From a virus, in the IMG/VR virus record IMGVR_UViG_3300037258_000514, positions 1 to 64,000 of that record: a DNA stretch of 64,000 nucleotides; one strand, given 5' to 3'. How positions within the stretch are numbered: position 1 is the first letter of the stretch; the number at the start of each line of letters is the position of its first letter. The position numbers were made by a program, and so were the translations under genes. The notes under the pieces are model-generated. The model did no database searches. It was not told the origin of the DNA and saw only the letters and a program-made list of their open reading frames with translations. Shown one piece after another: positions 56,935 through 64,000 of this stretch.

Positions 56935-57972
56935 TTAATTTCCCCACAGCACTTGTCCTATACCGGAGTACAACTGAACTTTCTTATTCCAACTTCCATT
57001 TGTTTCCGAAATTGATCTAAGCAATTTCCAGATTTGTTGCGCGTTTTCAGTGTCTTTACTACGTGATAAAGATGAAGTTAAGATGTTGAGAATGTGACTA
57101 TGTGCTGCTGTAAAATCTTCAATGTTTCCGAGCATCTTTGTAATCATTCCCCAATCACGTCCACCCTTTGCAAGATACACACCAAGTGCAGCAGCAGGAG
57201 AGTTATCTGATTCTACTTCAACAATTATTTGAGAGAGATCGTCTCTTGATTTTACAGCATGTCCTGCCTGAAGGATGGATAAAGCGTTGCGGGCACTTCC
57301 ATCTGCCGCTTGAACAATCGCATTAAATACATCATCTACAACTGTCCACTTCTCAACTTCGCAAACAAGAGTAAGAAGCTTTTCAATATCACGCGCTTTT
57401 AGTGGTTTAAGCGCAACAGGATAGCATCTACCCTTCTTGACCGTTAGCTTTACTGCTTCTGGCTCTGTTGTGCAGAGCGCCCAGTAAAGAAACAGAGGAG
57501 GTTCTTCGATTGGCTTTAGCAAAGGTTCCCAAGCCTTATCGGACAAGTTGTGACACTCGTCTACGATAATCATTCTGTTTTTCTGTCCTGGTATGACAAG
57601 AGAAGGAAAACAAGAATTTTCAACGAGCCTTCTTGTATCATCTACACCGCTATTGCTAGCAGCGTCCATCTCCTGGATAAAAGCATTTACTTCCTTTGCA
57701 ATAATTCTCGCTAGAGTTGTCTTGCCTACACCTGTTGGTCCTGTAAATAAAAATGCATGCGGATGCGCATCGCCTTTCATTGCTTCAGCTAAGGCTTTAA
57801 TGCAAAGTTCATTCCCAATAACTTCCTCAAACACTTCAGGACGATATTTTGTAATCAATGGCAAAGACATTTTCTTCCTTTGTTTCTCTTCTCTATAATC
57901 GTCGAGTTCGATTGCTTGTTGTACTTCAAATAGCGGTTCTTCGTCTTTTGGATACGTATAAGGAACGCGCAT
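56935..57972 (-). CDS. dnaX: Clamp loader ATPase (DnaX gamma/tau-like); start 57972 or 57870
   Basis: KYRP..FEEV.G, GPTGVGKTTLARI, EMDAASNSGVDD.R, IVDECH, LLK..EEPP, GSARNAL. Confidence 0.9.
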   Translation of the reverse strand: MRVPYTYPKDEEPLFEVQQAIELDDYREEKQRKKMSLPLITKYRPEVFEEVIGNELCIKALAEAMKGDAHPHAFLFTGPTGVGKTTLARIIAKEVNAFIQEMDAASNSGVDDTRRLVENSCFPSLVIPGQKNRMIIVDECHNLSDKAWEPLLKPIEEPPLFLYWALCTTEPEAVKLTVKKGRCYPVALKPLKARDIEKLLTLVCEVEKWTVVDDVFNAIVQAADGSARNALSILQAGHAVKSRDDLSQIIVEVESDNSPAAALGVYLAKGGRDWGMITKMLGNIEDFTAAHSHILNILTSSLSRSKDTENAQQIWKLLRSISETNGSWNKKVQLYSGIGQVLWGN

Positions 57973-58709
57973 TAAGTTAATGCTCTTCTCGGACGTCCCG
58001 ATGGTTTTATTCTGTGCGTGAGACCGTAATGCCAACCATCAGGTAGTTGTTCTGTTTTAAGTAATTTCCTATTGTTTATGCCATTTGTAATTAAGTTGTA
58101 AGGATTTGCTTTTAATGTAACGGATTGATGAAGAGAACGCTTTAACTTGATTTCTGCAGAAGACGCAATACGCATTAATGAAGCTTTTCTTGCGGCCTTA
58201 ATTTCGGGCCTTTCCCAAACAATAGCGTTCTTACTTCCGCGTACTTTCCTGTATTGGGGATCAGACCATGTTTCTCTTATCCTAGTAGATTTTCTAGCTC
58301 TACTTTCTGGCGTTGAATGAATTTGCTTACAGATTGTTTGAAATAACAATCCGTATCGTGGCCCACCTTTAGAAGATTCTAAAACGTTATAACCATTTCT
58401 TACTGAATCGAAAAGCTTAATGTACGCTCTTTCCATTTCAAGCAAAATTTCTCTATTGTAATCATCTTGATAGTAAAGAGGAAGAAGTAGAAAAGAACTA
58501 ACTTTATACTTTAGAAGAGCACTTCGTATTATCGGACCGATACTACTTCTTTCAGGAGAAGTGTAATCAAGCAAACGTGTTGCCACATTCTGACTGATAC
58601 CAACATATTTCTTTTCATTTAGCATGTTTTGAATACAATATATACCGGGACGATATTCAGGGATATTACGTTCTAACACTTTGAACCCGCGCCAGTCTGC
58701 GAATATCAT
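57972..58709 (-). mobile_element. Free-standing GIY-YIG homing endonuclease
   Basis: GIYCI.N....K.YVG.S, E..YI, NGYN, C-terminal LPDGWHYG. Confidence 0.85.
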
Positions 58710-61220
58710 CTAGAAATAGCTCCCAGTAAATTTAGTTAGAGTTTCCAAATCGCACCAGTTATATCCTACTCGCGCTTCTGTCATAAGTGGTACCGTTACA
58801 AAAGGAAATCTTGGTTTAACTATTTCAACTCCTATCGTAGTAATATACGATTCCGTTTTATCTGAATCAGGTATCGCGAAGATTAGATCGTCATGAACAT
58901 TAACCCGAGGTAATAAATTCATATCTGTCTCAATTGCCATCTCAAATAGAGCGTTTTGGGCTTCTAACACAAGCTCTGCAGCAGTACCTTGAACAGGTGT
59001 ATTAATTACTTCGTTTCCAGGTAGTACTTCGTTCCTCTCTCTGCCTGTTAGTGAAGCTACCGTTCCCGTAGCTTTATACCTTCTAAACTGTCCGTCAACC
59101 CAAGCTTTTGTTACTTTATATTCTGTCCAGAATTCATGCAAGATCTCTTCGCAAATACGAAGCGGGATTCCCGTCCTTGTAGCAATAGATTTAGCAATTG
59201 ATCCATAAAAGCTGGCAAATACAAAATCAGTTTTAATGATCGTGCGCCCGCCTTTTAGTATGTGCTTCTCTGTTGTTTCTCCTGTCTTTTGTTTTAGACG
59301 ATCCATATAAGCCGGATAGGCTTTAATAATTCTATACAGCCATTTCCAGTGGATATCGTCATCATCTACAAAAGCTTTCTTTAAGACAGGATCTTTACTA
59401 AACATTGCGATAACTCTGCCTTCAAGTTGTCCATAGTCAAAAGCAGCAAACATATAACCAGGAGGAGGGATTATCTGACGTCTAACCTCTCTGTGCTTTC
59501 GTTTCGGCCAATTCTGCATGTTGGGATCGGCGCCAGAGAGGCGATAAGTGTTTGTGTGAACTACAGTATATTGTCCGTGGATAAGTCCATCTACACCGAT
59601 AATACGTCCCTTTAAAATCGGATCAACGTAAGTGGATTTTTGTTTTTCAACTTCTCTGTATTCAAGAGTTAAATCAATTAATCTACAACTTTTCTTCTCC
59701 GCTAATTTTTCAAGTTCGTCTGCTTCTGTAACATAGTTTATTTTTCCCGCTGCAGTGACGTTCGTTGGAACTTGATAGTGATAATACTTATCCAATACGT
59801 AAGCTAAAGTTTGACCTGAGGAAATACTAAATATTTTGCTTTCTTTTTTCTCAAAATCTCTAACTTCAGGTAATAATGAAGCTTCTTTTTCACATGCTTG
59901 AGATTTCTTAAATAAGTCTTTCTGTAGCGATTCACTCTCCTTAATGTCGTAGTTTAATCCCTGTACTTCCATTGCAACAGTTGATTGCACTGTTTGAACA
60001 CTGCGTCGGTAATTAGGCAATTGAACAGGAGGAAGCATTTCAAGCATTTGGTAATATAACAATGCTTCAGCCCAAGCATCCAGCGCATTATACTCTAAAA
60101 CTTGTTCAGGAGAATATTCAGATAAGCGCTCTTTATCAAGCGGTCCTAATCCCTGTCCTGCAAGTGCGTTGTTTGTTAACTGCTTTACATCAATACCGAA
60201 ATAAATACGTGATAGAACATCTAAACTACCAAGTCCTTTTCTCTTGTGAAGTAAACGTGCAAGAATTTCTGTATCATGTAATTTCTGTTTGTAGTTCTTT
60301 GTCAAACCTACGATCCAAGGAAGTTCCATACTAGCATGTTGTGCTATCCATTCTTTATCGGATAACATCATTTCAGTTAGTACTTCCATTCCCCACGGAT
60401 CTAAATCACCCGGCCATCTAACTTTGAATGAAAACGTGAGTATTCCATCAGAACATCCACAAGTAAGTAAACGCGCGTCACGTTGGTAATGTCGAAACTT
60501 AAACGTTTCAAAATCTATTGCATAAGGACTTCTTAATTTATGAAAAAGATTAAGAACTTCTTGCTTTGTTTTTGGATAGAGTATTTCTTTTGGGGGAATT
60601 TTAATCTTTGGCGGAGCTTGAAATTTGGTCTTAACGTTCTCAAAGAAGTTTATAAGGTCATTTTGGAAAAGAGGCAGTACTGTATTAACTGTACTTCCAT
60701 CTGCATAATCTTCTCTCTCAGCACGTGCGACGTAAGATGGATGAAAAGTAGATGTAAACCAGCAAACGTGATCTCCAACTATAACAGGAAAAGGAATTCC
60801 TCTTATTTTAGAGATTGTAGGAGCATCCGGCCAAAAATAATTGAGTGCCTCATTTCCAATACCAAGAATGGCATGGGGACGGAGACTTAGGATATCCTGT
60901 TTAAGAAAGTTGGCACAACAGCTTACCTCACGTGGTGTTGGAGTTCTATTCTTTGGTGGACGACATCTTACTGTGTTCTGCCAATAAAGCTTTTTCTCCC
61001 AGTTAGGAGGGAAGTTTTCACGAAGAAACTGTCCTGTCTTTCCAATAAACGGAAACCCTTTATCGTCTTCGGTTTGTCCAGGAGCTTCTCCAATTACCAA
61101 TACTTTGTAAGGACTTTGCTCCTTCGCTATTGCCATAGGCATGCGAGGGGTCTTTAATATTGGCCACTCCTGTTTCAAGGAGCAGGAATTGCAGCTGTCG
61201 AATTGTATTAGTCCGGGCAA
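58710..61220 (-). CDS. polA: Family A DNA polymerase with N-terminal uracil-DNA-glycosylase-like and 3'-5' exonuclease domains
   Basis: GEAPG, RCRPP.NR.P, HPS (UDG family 4); DFET, YNALD (exo); RLS..PN.QN, DYGQLE.R, YG, INTPVQG, VHDD. Confidence 0.92.
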   Translation of the reverse strand: MPGLIQFDSCNSCSLKQEWPILKTPRMPMAIAKEQSPYKVLVIGEAPGQTEDDKGFPFIGKTGQFLRENFPPNWEKKLYWQNTVRCRPPKNRTPTPREVSCCANFLKQDILSLRPHAILGIGNEALNYFWPDAPTISKIRGIPFPVIVGDHVCWFTSTFHPSYVARAEREDYADGSTVNTVLPLFQNDLINFFENVKTKFQAPPKIKIPPKEILYPKTKQEVLNLFHKLRSPYAIDFETFKFRHYQRDARLLTCGCSDGILTFSFKVRWPGDLDPWGMEVLTEMMLSDKEWIAQHASMELPWIVGLTKNYKQKLHDTEILARLLHKRKGLGSLDVLSRIYFGIDVKQLTNNALAGQGLGPLDKERLSEYSPEQVLEYNALDAWAEALLYYQMLEMLPPVQLPNYRRSVQTVQSTVAMEVQGLNYDIKESESLQKDLFKKSQACEKEASLLPEVRDFEKKESKIFSISSGQTLAYVLDKYYHYQVPTNVTAAGKINYVTEADELEKLAEKKSCRLIDLTLEYREVEKQKSTYVDPILKGRIIGVDGLIHGQYTVVHTNTYRLSGADPNMQNWPKRKHREVRRQIIPPPGYMFAAFDYGQLEGRVIAMFSKDPVLKKAFVDDDDIHWKWLYRIIKAYPAYMDRLKQKTGETTEKHILKGGRTIIKTDFVFASFYGSIAKSIATRTGIPLRICEEILHEFWTEYKVTKAWVDGQFRRYKATGTVASLTGRERNEVLPGNEVINTPVQGTAAELVLEAQNALFEMAIETDMNLLPRVNVHDDLIFAIPDSDKTESYITTIGVEIVKPRFPFVTVPLMTEARVGYNWCDLETLTKFTGSYF

Positions 61221-61221
61221 T

Positions 61222-61446
61222 TTACTTTGGTTCTAAGAGATAGATACCTACAATTGCATCCTGCATAAAATATGCAATGGTTTCAGTTTTATCTCCGTTA
61301 GTTTTATCTCTGTTAGTCTTATAAAGCGAGACTGTCGGCGCATACCAACCAGTTCCATCAGCTTCTATGTCAACATACTTAGTTGTTACAGATGCACGTA
61401 CTGCTGCGACATCGTTACCCCGAAATATTATCCTGTAAGTTTTCAT
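61222..61446 (-). CDS. Hypothetical protein
   Basis: Coupled ORF. Confidence 0.55.
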   Translation of the reverse strand: MKTYRIIFRGNDVAAVRASVTTKYVDIEADGTGWYAPTVSLYKTNRDKTNGDKTETIAYFMQDAIVGIYLLEPK

Positions 61447-62537
61447 TTTGCCTCTCCATCTACAACGTAAATAAACTCAGGTTCATCACCGCGAAGTACT
61501 AGCGTACTCTTTCCGTCCTTGTTAAGATAATCAAATACAATCGTCTTAACGTGCATTAAAGCAATAAGTAGTAGATCAGCTGATAGCGCAACTTGCTCAT
61601 ACTTAATATCGACAGGCAATCCTTCAGCAATAAAAAATTCTTCCGTTGAACTTGCGATGCCTGAATGCGATAAGATTAGTTTTCCATCTTCTACTTTAAC
61701 TGTGATCGTGAAGGATGTATTACGATCCGATAGGAAGCGCGCTCTTGTAATAAACTTTCTCACAGCATCGCCGTTTATCTTTGTTGTTTGTGTTTGTAAC
61801 TTGTAACCATCTATGAGTTCTTTTAAATCATGTTCTAAAGGAACTGAAATAGGTAAGTGGGCTTTTAGCCAATCGCCTTGAATGAAAATTCCATCTTTAG
61901 TAATGTCAATCGCACAGTTAGGACAAACGGATACAAATGTTGAAATAATTCCCGGAACTGGCGGACGCACAGTTACTTCGTTTCTAAGAAATGTTCCATC
62001 TTGTAATATAGGAAATGTTCCTCTTGGAATCTTCGAACAGGCAAGTGAGATTGAATTTGAGGATAACAAAAATAAATCATCGCCTACAGGTTTAAAAGCA
62101 ATCCCGTACAACCCAACAGAGACAGCATGAGCTTGACACGCTGATGCTGCAAGATCGAGTGCATCGCTAAGGCTTTTGCTAGGGATCCAAGGATATGATT
62201 GATGATCAAGTGCAGGGATTTGATGATCACTAAATACAATATTCCATCGCCCTGTAGCTGCTCCGCATTGCCAGTTAATTCTATTCTCTTTTTCAATAAA
62301 AGTAATTTCACTGTCACTAGGAAGTGAACGGGCTACTGCCAGTACAGCAACAGTATCCAATAACGTTGGTTTTGTTATACCTGTGTCATCACAAAGAATG
62401 GCTGCTGTACCAAACTCACTAGTACAACGAATTTGTTCTTTATCAATCTCAATACTTCGAAATAGAGAAGTGATACTACTTGAGAATGAGATTTTTGATA
62501 GGATATTTGTTATAGCAAGAAGTGCAGAAACTTTCAT
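61443..62537 (-). CDS. dnaN: Sliding clamp (DnaN beta-like), divergent
   Basis: 364 aa with three-domain alpha/beta pattern (L.GI.F, SSNSISLA); near polA and dnaX. Confidence 0.55.
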   Translation of the reverse strand: MKVSALLAITNILSKISFSSSITSLFRSIEIDKEQIRCTSEFGTAAILCDDTGITKPTLLDTVAVLAVARSLPSDSEITFIEKENRINWQCGAATGRWNIVFSDHQIPALDHQSYPWIPSKSLSDALDLAASACQAHAVSVGLYGIAFKPVGDDLFLLSSNSISLACSKIPRGTFPILQDGTFLRNEVTVRPPVPGIISTFVSVCPNCAIDITKDGIFIQGDWLKAHLPISVPLEHDLKELIDGYKLQTQTTKINGDAVRKFITRARFLSDRNTSFTITVKVEDGKLILSHSGIASSTEEFFIAEGLPVDIKYEQVALSADLLLIALMHVKTIVFDYLNKDGKSTLVLRGDEPEFIYVVDGEAK

Positions 62538-62555
62538 CTTTTCCTCTTCTTTACT

Positions 62556-62990
62556 TCAATTTTTTAGATTCGGTTCCTCGCAGAGTAGTTTAGTTCTTTC
62601 CAGCATGATAATTTTACCGAGATGATTTTCGCCCGCTCCGTTAACTGTCCCCCAGTAAGTATCTCCCCACCAATTGCCTTCTTCAAGCTGTTCATTGTCT
62701 GTATCAAGTAGCAGTTGCCGTAGCGGATTTACAGAAAATTTCTGTGCAACAAGTTCTTGCATAATCTTGTTGCGCATTTCATTCCAACCATCACGCAATT
62801 GGACAATTCTACCAAGGTGTTTAGCTTCTGATGCTTTACAGTGAAAAAACTTGGATCGCTCTTCCTTATTTCTACATTTGGCGGCTTGAAAGGCATTTTC
62901 AACGGATGGATATCTATCGCCTTCGTAGTAGATAAAACAACTCCAGAAGTTTGAAAGAAATCTGTATTGTCCAACAAAGTTGTTAATCAT
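62556..62990 (-). CDS. NADAR (YbiA-like) protein
   Basis: FLSNFW, SVENAFQAAK, AK..GR, W...R..IM...V..KF, LLDT, WGDTYWG...G.N.LG..IM..R. Confidence 0.92.
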   Translation of the reverse strand: MINNFVGQYRFLSNFWSCFIYYEGDRYPSVENAFQAAKCRNKEERSKFFHCKASEAKHLGRIVQLRDGWNEMRNKIMQELVAQKFSVNPLRQLLLDTDNEQLEEGNWWGDTYWGTVNGAGENHLGKIIMLERTKLLCEEPNLKN

Positions 62991-63382
62991 ATAATTACTT
63001 GTCCTCCATTTGTTGGGGGAGGTAGCGTCATTGATTCTTCAACAGGCGTAAGGCGCTGCTTCTCGATAAGCTCAGCAATACACTCTCTGCCTGTTATTGT
63101 TACTTTTGTATAGAAGTTTTCAATCAGCTTTAAGCTAAGTTCGTTGATTACAGTTTTTTGCTCCCGCCCTGATTGAAGTATTTTTAAAGCATGTTCGCAG
63201 ATTTGATTAGTACAATCAGTAAACTCGGAAGTTTTATCCCCGTCAGCATGGAAGTGGGCATGACGTTCTTGAACGAGTGCAGCGAAGGCTGTGCGTAATT
63301 GGGTTTCTTCTTGCCTTTCATACAGTAGGTAAGATACAATTGTTTGTAATCTTGCTAACTGTACTTCCATCGTTGGACCCAT
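62987..63382 (-). CDS. Hypothetical protein
   Basis: SD GAGAGGG upstream. Confidence 0.6.
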   Translation of the reverse strand: MGPTMEVQLARLQTIVSYLLYERQEETQLRTAFAALVQERHAHFHADGDKTSEFTDCTNQICEHALKILQSGREQKTVINELSLKLIENFYTKVTITGRECIAELIEKQRLTPVEESMTLPPPTNGGQVII

Positions 63383-63430
63383 AAAATCCCTCTCATTAAT
63401 TTTCGTTATACTTTGATATACCGAAGCATC

Positions 63431-63472
63431 TAACTACTCGTTTAACGCTAAGCAAATCACGTTAACTAGCAG
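63431..63472 (-). promoter_or_regulatory. Conserved intergenic motif, copy 3
   Basis: Reverse complement CTGCTAGTTAACGTGATTTGCTTAGCGTTAAACGAGTAGTTA. Confidence 0.65.
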
Positions 63473-63477
63473 GTGTT

Positions 63478-63786
63478 TTAGGATTCTTTCTGTTTTGGCG
63501 GACTAATTACAATGTCGAGTTCGCGCGTGCTCTGCTGAAATCCTACAGGACCTCTTTCACGAGATTCGACAATCCATGCTATCTTTTCCATCTGAGTAAG
63601 TGATGTTGCTGTACGATTAGAATAATCAGAACATTCCGCAACAGCAAATTTCATAATTGCATCTAGAATACCGCATTTAATAACATGCTCTAGATTTGCT
63701 CCTTTTACAACAGTTGCTTGTGAGCAAGTTTCGCAAAGTGACTTCTCAATTCGCGGTGTCCCATTTTTAACTTTAATTACAATCAT
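63478..63786 (-). CDS. Cys-containing hypothetical protein
   Basis: SLCETC, C...ECSDY, MEKIAW, VGF. Confidence 0.6.
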   Translation of the reverse strand: MIVIKVKNGTPRIEKSLCETCSQATVVKGANLEHVIKCGILDAIMKFAVAECSDYSNRTATSLTQMEKIAWIVESRERGPVGFQQSTRELDIVISPPKQKES

Positions 63787-63947
63787 AGCGTTTTTACTTT
63801 TCTTGTCGGTGTTTTACATCTCATGCAGTGCATATCTTCTTTCCTACACTTGCCCTGTGAGAGAAGATAAAATCTTGCCTTACAAGACCCGCAGTAAATC
63901 TCGAAGATTTTTTCGCCTTTACTGTGCTTAGAAAGAAATTTGCTCAT
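63783..63947 (-). CDS. 54-aa zinc-ribbon protein not in ORF track
   Basis: MSKF...YCGSCK...HCMRCK; ATGA overlap with next gene. Confidence 0.55.
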   Translation of the reverse strand: MSKFLSKHSKGEKIFEIYCGSCKARFYLLSQGKCRKEDMHCMRCKTPTRKVKTL

Positions 63948-64000
63948 ATTACTGCTAATTCGGCTTTAAGAATACACTCTTGGATTTTGTCCCAGTAGCG

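Noticed and set aside
57972-58709. Group I intron splitting polA or dnaX
   Set aside because: PolA is complete through motif C and its C-terminus, DnaX is complete, and there is no non-coding room for a ribozyme
1541-62977. Short antisense or nested ORFs in the track (e.g. 19322..19744, 38336..38683, 42697..43080, 60540..60890)
   Set aside because: They lie fully within well-supported genes and show no motifs; treated as shadow ORFs
1-64000. Genome-wide TAG reassignment suggested by the CUA tRNA
   Set aside because: Long genes are intact in code 11, coding density is high, and several genes end in TAG followed by an SD and a new start

Overview
A 64 kb segment of a large tailed (sipho-type) bacteriophage genome in two converging arms, read in the standard genetic code. 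The + strand (1-41.5 kb) has a sugar-modification/glycosyltransferase cluster, many beta-rich accessory, fibre-like and secreted proteins, and a 1205-aa Q/P/W repeat protein. It continues with head-tail joining genes, tail tube, a tail chaperone with a -1 frameshift, a 2118-aa tape measure, a GTA-like tail tip (two Dit/DUF2460 genes, hub, NlpC/P60, tip protein) interrupted by an acyl carrier protein, then lipoproteins, a papain-like protease and a tandem LuxR regulator. The - strand (41.6-64 kb) has replication/recombination genes (DnaB, SbcCD, resolvase, RecA, SSB, DnaX, UDG-PolA, clamp), 7-deazaguanine genes (queD, queF, queE), NADAR, and intact and decayed homing endonucleases. The most striking element is at the arm junction (40.8-41.55 kb). 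A sigma70-like promoter points at a two-codon minigene ATG-ACA-TAG that is in frame with a Pth2-like peptidyl-tRNA hydrolase. The 3' part of that ORF is built from tRNA-like sequence, including a 76-nt amber (CUA) tRNA, and is followed by a 50-nt mini-tRNA, a tRNA-Lys and a tRNA 3' half. Other signals are three families of shared C-terminal peptides, tandem QLxLF clamp-binding-like motifs and a His-rich segment in the tape measure protein, and a 30-42 bp intergenic motif found three times. Functional calls come from recognising motifs by eye; no searches were run.
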